64,000 bases of DNA from the IMG/VR virus record IMGVR_UViG_3300010347_001950. The stretch is one strand, 5' to 3'. Shown piece after piece: positions 1-9,789 of the stretch (position 1 is its first letter; each line of letters opens with the position of its first letter). The DNA comes from an uncultured virus (IMG/VR IMGVR_UViG_3300010347_001950) (lineage: Duplodnaviria > Heunggongvirae > Uroviricota > Caudoviricetes). Position numbers and translations under genes: made by a program. A model generated the notes under the pieces. It was given only the letters and a program-made list of their open reading frames with translations. It had not been told where the DNA came from and did not search any database.

Positions 1-121
1 CAAAGGAAAAGATTTGTACAAGAACAAGGCTGACAATTCCGAGGCGGCAATATATTCTATAATACAACCATGCGTCCCAAATTCCAACTAAACAAAAGCA
101 AAGATATTAATACCACGGATT

Positions 122-2081
122 TTAGCATCGGATGTAGCAAATTTTGCGAGCGATCTATATTTTATTCTTACTGGGCAAATGTCTTCTATGAAACGCGGAA
201 GCGGACAGGTTGGCAACGGGAGATCTGCTGGCAGTGACGCATGGGACGCGATAGATAACACCAATTATGTAATAAGAGCGCCTGTTGGCCAAGGCATGAC
301 ACACAAAATGCCAACGGTAACACCATTTCAAACATATCGCGGGGCACCCAGGTTTGCATATAGTGCAGACGCAGAGCCTAATAACGATCCAAACTATAAC
401 TTTATTAAGGGACAACCTACATTTTCTGGTACATATACCGGAGCGCGTTTAAGTTGTCTATATCTTTGTCTGCCAAGCACTTAGTGTGATTCTTTACATA
501 TTCAGCAATGCCCCTTAATTGCAACTCTTCTGGTTTTTGGAATCGGAAATATCCATTTTTTTGGAAAAAATCAGTATCCCACTTATACACAACCGTAGAA
601 TAAGTTTTATCAGCCATTAAATAATATCCACAATTAACTGGTTGATTTGCATATAATAGTTTATAAAATTGCTCTGTATTAAATATTATATCCAGGGAAT
701 TTCCCGTGGAAACTTTGTATTATTCTGTGCGCTAGCAATTGTTTTTCGCGGCGGTACAAATCCATATGTGGTATTTGCAACCAAGGTTACTACAAAAAAT
801 ACAAATGCTGGTGACTTGACTGGGCTTGTAGTAACATGGAATCTTTATTCTGCAACTTCTGGGACTAGTTTATATAATGGCACATTGACTGGATGGTCTG
901 GCGTAAGTAGTACAAAGCTTATTAGAGACGGTATTAGCCTTACATTGTCTATTGGTAGCACAGATGTGCTAACTGCTACAAATCCAGTTTTGTGGTTGAG
1001 AGAATACACAAATACACTTGTTGATGGTGTCGATTTTGTCCCACAGATGGCAAGATGTATAGGCACAAGTGTTGTAGTTGGATTGACATCCACAAGCCCA
1101 AATCAATTTATTTCGGGAACAGATTATGATTTAGCCCAAAGAGTTGATTACTATACTGGTATTTATCGACCAAGAGAAGATTGGGGCGGCGCTGGGAATG
1201 CACAGGGAATATGCTGGAAAACAAGCGGCAATCCAATTGGCGTAGGAAGCACATATTGGATTGTTGATGCAATATATTATGGACCATATGCAAAAATATA
1301 TACTAGTGTATATAATAATTCTAACATTGGTTGGTGTTGTGGATTTTGCCCATCAAGCTTTTATGATGTTAATACTGGATATGCCCAATATGCATGTTAT
1401 TCGTCTTCTACAAATGGAATTAGTTTTAGTGTAAATTCGGCAGATTGTACTGCTGTAAGTAATAGAATTTTTTCAATATACAATCCTTCTAGCAGTATTT
1501 TTATTAATTACTGGATATCAATAAAGCCAGATTGTATAATTTTGATTACAAAAGGCGATCCGGCGAATAATGGCGTAGTATACTTGTCAACTTTACAAAA
1601 ATATAATTCATTGGTGCCAGACATAGATTTTATGCCATGGTTATATTGTTGTTCATATAATTATTCGCCACGAGATGTTTGGGAGAAATCGTTATTCACA
1701 CATGTGTATCCGTATTGGGGCAACGCATCAAGTGTTACGAGAACAAATGCTCAACCTTTATATTGGTCTACGACGGGTAACTTAATAACAGATAGCGCTA
1801 CAAGCATTGGTAGTATTGGAATAAATCCAAACAAATTAGATAATAAATGGTATCTTTATACAAAATACCTTTTAAATGCAGGATGGCAATTAAACCCATC
1901 AACCAAACTATGGATGGAAGGATCAAGTAACGCTTTGTCTGCTTTTAGATCTGTTATTAGAAATTTCTATAATATAGCAAATAATAATTTTTCTTCATTT
2001 GATGAGTTAGTAGATATAGGTAATACATATTTATTGGTTGTTGATAACAATAGCAATTCTTACGCAATTTTGGAGCAATAA
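122..2081 (+). pseudogene. Interrupted tail-fibre/virion protein, paralog of 2083..3783; no start codon visible and split by a 310-bp insert (441..750)
   Basis: Frame from 122 (LASDVANFASDLYFILTG...PTFSGTYTG) aligns to the N-terminus of 2083..3783. Homology resumes in another frame at 750 (GGTNPYVVFATKVTTKNTNAGDLTGLVVTW) and runs to YAILEQ*. Confidence 0.75.
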
Positions 2082-2082
2082 A

Positions 2083-3783
2083 ATGTGGTTGGTTGGTTCA
2101 ACAGATGTAGATAATTTTTGCTCAGATATATACAATTTATTAACTGGTGTAACTACAGCCAGTAATAGAGGTAGCGGGCAAACAGGCAACGGAGCCATGG
2201 CTGGTGCTGATGCATGGGAGGCTGTAGATGAACAAGCATATATTATACGTTCTCCCGCTTCATATCCAGACACGCCATTCAGATTACCTATCTATTGTTG
2301 GAGAGGAATGCCAAGATTTGCTTCAAGCGTGGCAGCATCTCCAAATAATGATGCAAACTATGACTACCAAAAAGGACGACCTACTTTTATTGGCACATAT
2401 GTTGGTGCTACCGAACGGGTATTTTTTTATTGTTATGTAACAACAAAAAACACAACTGCCGGTGATTTGACTGGACTGGTAGTAACATGGTATTTATATT
2501 CTGCAACGCAAGCAGATACGAGCATTGCCAATGGCACTCTAAGCGGGTGGTCTGGTAACACTGGAATAAAATCATTAAGAGATGGCATTAGTTTAAGTTT
2601 AACATTACAGCCAACGGATGTTTTAACTGCCACGAATAAGGTTTTGTGGTTAAGAGGATATTCTACTACTTCTCCACAAGGTGTTGATTTTATACCAGAA
2701 TTCATATCAGCGACTGGCGCTGGAGTAACAATAGGAATTACTTCTACTGATATAAACAGATTTGTTTTAAATACAGATTATAAAATTGTAGAAGAAATCG
2801 ATGTTGCGGGTGTAAATGTCAACCGATTACCGGCGGAACAATATGGATGGGGCGGACCAGGTATTCTTATTGGCATAGAGTGGCAAGATGGCGCAAATCC
2901 GGTTGGTGTTGGTAGTACATATTGGGTAATAGGTGCGGATTTGTATGGTACGTATGCGAAAATTGCTACGGCCGCGATTAGTTACGGTTCTCGTTTTTTT
3001 GCAGGATTATTGCCAATGTGTGGATTTGATACTTCTAGAAAAACAATGTCTGGCGTAATGACTTTTGGCGGTAACAATTTGTTAAATGGATATACAAATT
3101 ATGGGATGCATTCACCAGTTGGGCATTTATTATTTAATACGGTTTCGCCTGCCGGAAATTTATATATTAATTATTGGATATCTATTAAACCAACCAAAAT
3201 AGTAATGGTGTTACAGGGAGATCCAGCAAATAGTGGAGCAACTATAAATTTCCACACACTTCAACGATGTAATGATTTTTATAATGGTACACAATCATAT
3301 TGGCGGTGGATCAAAGCAGGGAATGGAAAATACTACTGTACATGTGGCGCAAAACAGCCCACCACTTATATGAGGGATTATAATTACTGGGGGTGCCCAT
3401 CGCGTGTTAGTTTTGCTACATCTAGCGATTCTATATTGTGGGGGCATTATTTAACACCCGCAAATGAAGGTGTCATTGGTTCGACATACGGCATGAAATA
3501 TTATACACAAAATCTTCTGAATCCAGATACATTTATTAACAAATGGTGTATTTATCCAATAATTGCATACGGAAGCCTTTATGGTAAAGACGAATCAAAC
3601 AGTGTGTATGTATTTAATCGTAATAGCCATTTTATAGGGACAATGCAAGACATATATAGTATCTCGCCAAACAATTGGTCAAGTTTAGACGAAATATACG
3701 ATGGCGTTAATACATATTTAGTTCTGTTTACTAATGTTGATCAATATAGCTTTGATATATATTATGCAATTTTGGAGAATTAA
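2083..3783 (+). CDS. Virion structural / tail-fibre-like protein (Gly/Thr/Tyr-rich)
   Basis: ATG at 2083 after GGAG; paralog of the upstream gene; composition typical of phage fibre proteins. Confidence 0.6.
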   Translation: MWLVGSTDVDNFCSDIYNLLTGVTTASNRGSGQTGNGAMAGADAWEAVDEQAYIIRSPASYPDTPFRLPIYCWRGMPRFASSVAASPNNDANYDYQKGRPTFIGTYVGATERVFFYCYVTTKNTTAGDLTGLVVTWYLYSATQADTSIANGTLSGWSGNTGIKSLRDGISLSLTLQPTDVLTATNKVLWLRGYSTTSPQGVDFIPEFISATGAGVTIGITSTDINRFVLNTDYKIVEEIDVAGVNVNRLPAEQYGWGGPGILIGIEWQDGANPVGVGSTYWVIGADLYGTYAKIATAAISYGSRFFAGLLPMCGFDTSRKTMSGVMTFGGNNLLNGYTNYGMHSPVGHLLFNTVSPAGNLYINYWISIKPTKIVMVLQGDPANSGATINFHTLQRCNDFYNGTQSYWRWIKAGNGKYYCTCGAKQPTTYMRDYNYWGCPSRVSFATSSDSILWGHYLTPANEGVIGSTYGMKYYTQNLLNPDTFINKWCIYPIIAYGSLYGKDESNSVYVFNRNSHFIGTMQDIYSISPNNWSSLDEIYDGVNTYLVLFTNVDQYSFDIYYAILEN

Positions 3784-3786
3784 AGA

Positions 3787-4062
3787 ATGGTAAAGAATGT
3801 ACAAATTTCAATATATGATATACAAAATTCGTTTGTCTCTACATCTCCATTACCAATACGCAGATTCGCCTCCAATCCTACAGCGGTGAGAAATGTGCAA
3901 ACATCAGTATATAATATACAAAATTCATTTGTTGCTACATCGGTGGTGCCAATTCGCAGAACTTTCGGTGATCCTGGATATGGCGGCATGTCTGTATCTG
4001 GTAGTATATTCCGAAGCAATATTGTTGTGCCAGCAACAAAAACGCAAGGAGATAGTACATAA
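3787..4062 (+). CDS. Small hypothetical protein with a 32-aa internal tandem repeat
   Basis: VKNVQISIYDIQNSFVSTSPLPIRR / VRNVQTSVYNIQNSFVATSVVPIRR; 3-bp gap after upstream stop. Confidence 0.7.
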   Translation: MVKNVQISIYDIQNSFVSTSPLPIRRFASNPTAVRNVQTSVYNIQNSFVATSVVPIRRTFGDPGYGGMSVSGSIFRSNIVVPATKTQGDST

Positions 4063-4202
4063 TGCCTAAAAAAATATATGCTTCTGTTGCTTTTATAGAC
4101 TTATTTGGTGCTATACACAAACAAAACGATAACCATACAGAAGAAAATAAAAATATTACTAACGATTCTAACACACAAGAGCAAGAAAACCAAAAGGAAT
4201 AA
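4062..4202 (+). CDS. 46-aa hypothetical protein (not in ORF track)
   Basis: TAATG overlap with upstream stop, GGAG upstream, MPKKIYASVAFIDLFGAIHK...; ends 3 bp before next ATG. Confidence 0.55.
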   Translation: MPKKIYASVAFIDLFGAIHKQNDNHTEENKNITNDSNTQEQENQKE

Positions 4203-4205
4203 AGT

Positions 4206-4520
4206 ATGTTTGCACCAGGACAACAATATTATACAACATTTACAACTCAAAAAGTTGACACAGGAATGAGCGTTAATGCAGATTATTTGCCAGTTGCTAC
4301 TGCAATACACAATGGAGTATCTGACCCAAATTTTGCACTTACAGTAACAAATCAGTCGCTTGGGTTGTATATGGTATCGGGTACTATACCAAATACATAT
4401 GTTAGAGGTGATGCGGTGCAAATATATGTGTGGGCTTCTGTCGGTGGCGTAGTTGGTAAGTCTGTTGTATCGGACTTTGTTGTCGGTGGGGCTCCAACAT
4501 TTGGGCAAGTATATCCTTAA
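4206..4520 (+). CDS. Small putative virion structural protein
   Basis: 104 aa beta-rich ORF in operon with fibre-like genes; AGGA RBS. Confidence 0.55.
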   Translation: MFAPGQQYYTTFTTQKVDTGMSVNADYLPVATAIHNGVSDPNFALTVTNQSLGLYMVSGTIPNTYVRGDAVQIYVWASVGGVVGKSVVSDFVVGGAPTFGQVYP

Positions 4521-4534
4521 CAAGTTTAATCCAT

Positions 4535-4562
4535 ACAATGCCGTTGCTCAAAGCAACATTGT
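4535..4562. terminator. Imperfect hairpin between convergent genes
   Basis: acaatg-ccgttgc-tcaaa-gcaac-attgt. Confidence 0.4.
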
Positions 4563-4573
4563 TTAATTGTCGT

Positions 4574-6304
4574 TCATGATATTTCTATCACTTGATATTT
4601 TGGCTCTAATTGATATATTTTTTTTCTATGTAGCGAATGTGTTCTAAGATATTTTTGATTATCAAAAAAGTCTATAATTATTGCGTCTTCTTTCCCTGGG
4701 GCAGTTCTTAATATTCTCCCTATTTGCTGCATAGTTGTAACTGGGCTACCACTACTGCTCCCCAGTATCAATGTTGAAATTAACGGGGCGTCTATGCCTG
4801 TGTTTGCCCATGAGGTTGCTATTAATATTATATCGTTGGCTTCTACCCTGTTAAGCATACGCCTGCGATAATCCAAATCCTCGTCAGTGGGCATTAAGTC
4901 TTCTTCGTCTTTGTGCGACTTGGCAGAACCAGGAACAAATATCGCATCTTCTATCATGTTTTCTAGTGTTTCCCCATGCTCAATTAAATCAACCAAAATC
5001 AATGTTGGTCTACCCATTTTATGAAATGTTTCGGCATATTGTTTAATCATATTGTTCCTAATATCGGAATGTACAATACATTCTTTGTATATATCCATAT
5101 ATTTTTTTGAAATTGTTACTCCGTTTTCTTCATATGTTGTAGGAACATTATTTTTGTATTTTACAATAAATATTTTTGGCTGTACCAAGTATCCGAGCTC
5201 TATGAGGTCAGATGCGCTGATTTTGTAAAATATTCTTCCAAGCGCTCCTTCCATTCTAATTTCTTGATTGTCTGTCCTAAATGGCGTAGCGCTTACTCCA
5301 AATTTATAATATGCATTTTTTGCTCTCATGCTTATTTTTTCAATAATAACTGCCGCTATATGCGTTTCATCAACTATTAAACAATTTGTATTTTCAATTA
5401 GCTCTCTTATTTCTTTTTTGTTGTTTAATGCTTCTATACGTGACATATATGCATTTTTCGCTTTTATCAATGCATTCTTTTCTTTTCTTATAGCTTTATT
5501 AAAATCTTTTGTAGTATTGCATATATTGTTTAAATATTTTGCCTTGCGATCATATAATATTTGTTTAGAATTATATTCATTCTCAAGTTGTTTGGTGGGC
5601 TTTCGGATTCGTTCCCCAACAAATTCGCTTTGGACAATCTGATTTTTTTTAGCATCAAATTTTTCATTATATGATGCGAGCGCAGATTGATAAGTAATTA
5701 TATTAATCCCGTCTTTTTCTATTTCACATATTCCGTCGCCGATCATTCCTATTTTCATGGTGCTGCCATTATTGCGCAGATATTTAGTAAATTCTCGGTG
5801 AGTTTGCTTCAGCAATTCTCTAGACGGTACTACAAACAGATATGGACCGCTATTGATTTCTGCTATTAATTTAATAGCAATAAATGTTTTCCCAGCACCA
5901 GTACCAGCAGATATAATCCCCCTTGTTTTCTTTAGCGCTTCTTTGACTGCCTGTTCTTGATAAAATCTTAATTGTTTGCCGTTTTCTTCAAACGCGCACG
6001 ATAGTTGTAAATTTTTAGGCTTTTTGATACGCTTGTCGACTAATTTATATGGTATTTCGTTTTCTTGCAAGAATTGTCTAACACGATATATTAATCCACT
6101 TGGAAATGATTTGTCTTTTAGATAATATAAACTAATTCTTCCATCCCATTTACCAGTTTTGTACTTTGAAGAAAATTCAGCATTTTCTACCCGATATGAC
6201 AGTTCTTTGCGCAATGCGTTGTTGATATTAGCATTTTTATAATAGTCAGGATCAAATTGACCGACGATATATGAACGAGAATTATAAATATGGATTTCTA
6301 TCAT
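4574..6304 (-). CDS. UvsW-like SF2 DNA helicase with ~95-aa helical insertion
   Basis: WDGRI N-terminal motif, Q-motif LRFYQ, Walker A GTGAGKT, DETH, SAT, TGIDAP, QQIGRILR. Confidence 0.9.
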   Translation of the reverse strand: MIEIHIYNSRSYIVGQFDPDYYKNANINNALRKELSYRVENAEFSSKYKTGKWDGRISLYYLKDKSFPSGLIYRVRQFLQENEIPYKLVDKRIKKPKNLQLSCAFEENGKQLRFYQEQAVKEALKKTRGIISAGTGAGKTFIAIKLIAEINSGPYLFVVPSRELLKQTHREFTKYLRNNGSTMKIGMIGDGICEIEKDGINIITYQSALASYNEKFDAKKNQIVQSEFVGERIRKPTKQLENEYNSKQILYDRKAKYLNNICNTTKDFNKAIRKEKNALIKAKNAYMSRIEALNNKKEIRELIENTNCLIVDETHIAAVIIEKISMRAKNAYYKFGVSATPFRTDNQEIRMEGALGRIFYKISASDLIELGYLVQPKIFIVKYKNNVPTTYEENGVTISKKYMDIYKECIVHSDIRNNMIKQYAETFHKMGRPTLILVDLIEHGETLENMIEDAIFVPGSAKSHKDEEDLMPTDEDLDYRRRMLNRVEANDIILIATSWANTGIDAPLISTLILGSSSGSPVTTMQQIGRILRTAPGKEDAIIIDFFDNQKYLRTHSLHRKKIYQLEPKYQVIEIS

Positions 6305-6317
6305 TATTAATATGCGT

Positions 6318-7046
6318 TTATGTATTGTCTGGGATTATATCTCCAAGAGACAAAGGTGATTTAAATTTTGTTTCACAATCCATACATGTATATCTCGAAA
6401 ATCCATTATCATAAATATCCGTTGATAAACAATTTGGGCAATTCAACACAGCGTATCCATCTTGATCTTCGGTGATAATCGCAAGCGGTAACTGGTTTAT
6501 ATCGTGTGTTTCTATAGATTCGCCTGGGTTTAGTGTATTAAAATCTTTTGGCAAATATCCAACCGCTCTTTTGCCTTCGATAGAAAGATCGTTTTCATCC
6601 ATCTCACTGATAAGATTATTGATATCTCCTATATCATTTAAATCCTCGTTGTTTGTTTTGATTATTTCATCCATAAAAATACTATTAATTTTTTCGTTAG
6701 TACCATCATCATCAATATCACCACAATATATATTCGGTGTGTATTGAAAATATCTATCTATTGCCATTGCATATATATTAGCATTACATAACTCTATCTC
6801 ATTGCTTATATCTATACATGACTTTGCCATTCGCGAAGCAGAAAAATATTCTACCCTCGGTGAATATCCTTGTTCTATTAAATCATTTGATAGTTCTTCT
6901 TTTGTTTCCATTACAGCCACATGATCGATAAAATAATCTTTGAGCAATTCAAGTGTATTTGGATATTTCACATTATTTAATTTCAATTTTTGATCAAATT
7001 GTATTTTGCCTCTGTCTATATTATACTTGTTTTTATTTTCGTACAT
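6318..7046 (-). CDS. Acidic hypothetical protein with C-terminal zinc ribbon
   Basis: CPNC...CMDC at C-terminus; AGGAG RBS. Confidence 0.7.
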   Translation of the reverse strand: MYENKNKYNIDRGKIQFDQKLKLNNVKYPNTLELLKDYFIDHVAVMETKEELSNDLIEQGYSPRVEYFSASRMAKSCIDISNEIELCNANIYAMAIDRYFQYTPNIYCGDIDDDGTNEKINSIFMDEIIKTNNEDLNDIGDINNLISEMDENDLSIEGKRAVGYLPKDFNTLNPGESIETHDINQLPLAIITEDQDGYAVLNCPNCLSTDIYDNGFSRYTCMDCETKFKSPLSLGDIIPDNT

Positions 7047-7299
7047 ATCGTCTCCTAGTGTTTGTTGTTTCTTGCTTATTCTATATATCTTAATTTGTTC
7101 TATTTTTGCAATCTACAATTACTTTTTTATCATTGCTAGAAAACTTATGATGTCATTTTAACTTATTTTTGAGTTTCTGTATGTTTTGAATTAGAAATTA
7201 CTTCTCTATTCAAAGAATTTTTTAATCTACAGTCTACACAAATAATATTATCATTTTGATTGGTTTTTAAGAAATATCTATTTCATAGAGAATCTGGCA

Positions 7300-7564
7300 G
7301 AAGCTAGTCCGCTTTTGGAAACAGCGAATTGCCTCTGTTACATACCTATAAGCCTTTGATTTTAACACGAACTGTTATATTTCTATAGTCTTACGTTTGC
7401 CCAATCAGCACTTTAATTGTCTATAATTCTTGCAATCAATAATTTCTTTACACCTTTTTCTTTGATATTGATTGAAACATTTATGTCTCTATTGTGTATT
7501 TTACCACAATTTTCGCAAATCTATACCCCATCGTGCAATGTTAGTACTTGTTTATGTTTATTCT
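7300..7564 (-). mobile_element. Degenerate IS200/IS605 remnant (left-end stub, TnpB C-terminus, right end)
   Basis: Minus strand: TTTAT|AGAATAA, then LTLHDGV*ICENCGKIHNRDINVSINIKEKG, then gtaacagaggcaattcgc...gcggactagcttc. Confidence 0.8.
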
Positions 7565-7616
7565 ATAAAAAATCATGTATCATATATATATAGCAATTTG
7601 GCTATTGGAGTTACAA

Positions 7617-8120
7617 ATGCGCAACCAAAAGTTTGTAAATAAAATTAACCACATAAGAGCACACATAGATCATTGTAACACATGTAATGAAATTTTAGAT
7701 CTTATGTTAATGATATATGAGGCAAAAGATCAAGATTATTGCAATGATAATATTCCAATGCAAAATTTACGCATATGCGAAGAAATAGGTATACCTGCTT
7801 GGAAAGGTACAACAGTTCGAATTTGTGATAAGAAACAAAGAATCCAAAATTTGTTAAAACGCGAAACTTACAAGGTTCAAGACGAAAAAATTGAAGACAC
7901 ACTAATCGATATGGCTAATTATTCATTGTTGGCATCTATTCTGATTGAAGAACACAACAATATTGATAGAAATTTTTCAAATCAATACGTCGAATTAGCA
8001 ACACTGTGTGTGCGTTTGATATGTTGCCGTAGACAGCAAACCAATATGGATATGAAAATATGGGAGCAAATCACACAACTGTGGGAGAGTATAACAGAAT
8101 TTGCACGAAACACAGGCTGA
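7617..8120 (+). CDS. Nucleotide modification-associated domain 1 (DUF1599/Nmad1-like) protein
   Basis: K-x-x-DY ... VRICDKKQRI ... DEKIEDTLIDMANY pattern; GGAG before ATG 7617. Confidence 0.75.
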   Translation: MRNQKFVNKINHIRAHIDHCNTCNEILDLMLMIYEAKDQDYCNDNIPMQNLRICEEIGIPAWKGTTVRICDKKQRIQNLLKRETYKVQDEKIEDTLIDMANYSLLASILIEEHNNIDRNFSNQYVELATLCVRLICCRRQQTNMDMKIWEQITQLWESITEFARNTG

Positions 8121-8171
8121 TAGGTAAACAAATATTATATATAGAAAACAACACATATATGGAGTATTTTC

Positions 8172-9254
8172 ATGCCGCTTATTCCTACTAGATATATATC
8201 AAATTGGTGGTTTTTGTACGACAGATTTAATAACAAACCACTGTTGGTGAATTCATGGTCAGAAGCCCAAAATCGTAATGTCACACCACAATTGCTTATC
8301 CAAGGCGATATTGGCACAAGGGCTATGGAAATAGGTGGGTATAAATGGGTGACAAACATTCATTCTCCGGTTTTGTTAATACGCTCTGACGGCACAGCGC
8401 CTAGAAATCCTTTGCAAAACAATGGTGTGTTAACTATATTAGATAACATAGTACAAAATTTAAATATTTATCGCAACCCTGTTGCGCTTACTGATTTCAT
8501 AATTGCATACAATAATGCCGCCGGCAATCAAGTCGCTGGATATTACATAATGAAAAGTGGGAAAATTGATATAAAGCCAGAAAATGTAACATGTTCAATG
8601 ACATTATATTCAGATCTCCCAAATGTGTTTCAGAAAGATTATTGTATAGGTCGGGGAGGAATTCTTACCCCTCATTTTATAGGAAGAACAGCAAAGTGGT
8701 ATGATACTTTTTTTAGAATATCTTGGGATAATATGTATGATCCATTGATAGTAGATACAGCGCCTGATTTTGGGTCGTTACGTAGTCTATATCAAATACA
8801 AGAAGGGGCTTTGTCAATTGATGTTAATATCGGTGAACATTATTTTGTTGGTCAAAGAAATGATTATATTTTAAATAGTTCGAGATTCTGGAGCAATGGT
8901 ATTAAAACACCTATTTACCCCAAAGGCAATATTCCTATGTTTAGTATTAAGGGATATACGATTAGCGGAGATTTTACTGCGTTGGTTGAGCCAGACGACC
9001 CAATATTACAGATCAACCCAGAAATACCAAATTGTTTTTCTCCTCGGCAAGGAGTAATCGGGCTAAGCGTTGGCAATTATAACATTTCTTTAGGCAATGC
9101 CATGGTCCAGTCCGAGGTTACAAAAAACATGAATTCCGGAGATCTGGTAACAGTACATGCGCAGTTTAATGTATACGCAAATTTGACATCATTATTCGCA
9201 CTAAACGGACTAGATGTAGAACCATGTCATACGCCACAGAATCCACTGTTTTAA
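8172..9254 (+). CDS. Hypothetical virion protein, possibly tail-tube-like
   Basis: 360 aa beta-rich ORF with GGAG RBS; function not recognised with certainty. Confidence 0.45.
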   Translation: MPLIPTRYISNWWFLYDRFNNKPLLVNSWSEAQNRNVTPQLLIQGDIGTRAMEIGGYKWVTNIHSPVLLIRSDGTAPRNPLQNNGVLTILDNIVQNLNIYRNPVALTDFIIAYNNAAGNQVAGYYIMKSGKIDIKPENVTCSMTLYSDLPNVFQKDYCIGRGGILTPHFIGRTAKWYDTFFRISWDNMYDPLIVDTAPDFGSLRSLYQIQEGALSIDVNIGEHYFVGQRNDYILNSSRFWSNGIKTPIYPKGNIPMFSIKGYTISGDFTALVEPDDPILQINPEIPNCFSPRQGVIGLSVGNYNISLGNAMVQSEVTKNMNSGDLVTVHAQFNVYANLTSLFALNGLDVEPCHTPQNPLF

Positions 9255-9266
9255 CAAAAATACACT

Positions 9267-9779
9267 ATGAGAAGAATAACACGCAAAATAACAAAATGTA
9301 ATCATAAGTCCGAACATCAACGTATTGTTGAACCAGAAGAATTACTCCCAGACGGAAGTTTGATATGCGAATTCACTATATTTGGAAACCCAGCAACAAA
9401 GAAAAATCACCAAACCGCAGTATGGACAAAGTATGGTCCGAGAATCTTACCATCCAAACAATATATAACATACATGAAAACATGCCAGAAGGTATGTGAG
9501 GACGCATGGAAAAATAAAGGCAAAAAACCAATTGATTATGGTATTGCTATAGAATTAAGGATTTATATAAAAACGTGGCAAATTGGTGATCATGTTGGAT
9601 ATCTACAAGCCCTTGGGGATATATTCCAGCATTATGGTATAGTAAAAGATGATAAGTGGATATATTGGACATCTTCTGAAACACATTGGTGTGGCGGCAA
9701 AGACAAAGATAACCCAAGAGTAGAAGTTAAAATAAAAAGATATAGGCATCCATATGAAACATTTCGGGATTCTAAATAA
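9267..9779 (+). CDS. rusA: RusA-like Holliday junction resolvase
   Basis: FTIFGNPATKKN; GDHVGYLQALGDIFQHYGIVKDDKWI; DKDNPRVEVKI. Confidence 0.8.
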   Translation: MRRITRKITKCNHKSEHQRIVEPEELLPDGSLICEFTIFGNPATKKNHQTAVWTKYGPRILPSKQYITYMKTCQKVCEDAWKNKGKKPIDYGIAIELRIYIKTWQIGDHVGYLQALGDIFQHYGIVKDDKWIYWTSSETHWCGGKDKDNPRVEVKIKRYRHPYETFRDSK

Positions 9780-9789
9780 TCATAACAAT

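Noticed and set aside
441..750. Group I/II intron
   Set aside because: GAGCG start only loosely resembles GUGYG; no domain V or AY end, and no recognisable group I core
122..3783. Diversity-generating retroelement acting on the fibre paralogs
   Set aside because: No reverse transcriptase in the window and no near-identical TR/VR pair with adenine-only differences seen
5390..5680. Intein in helicase
   Set aside because: No C/S start, HN end or LAGLIDADG motifs
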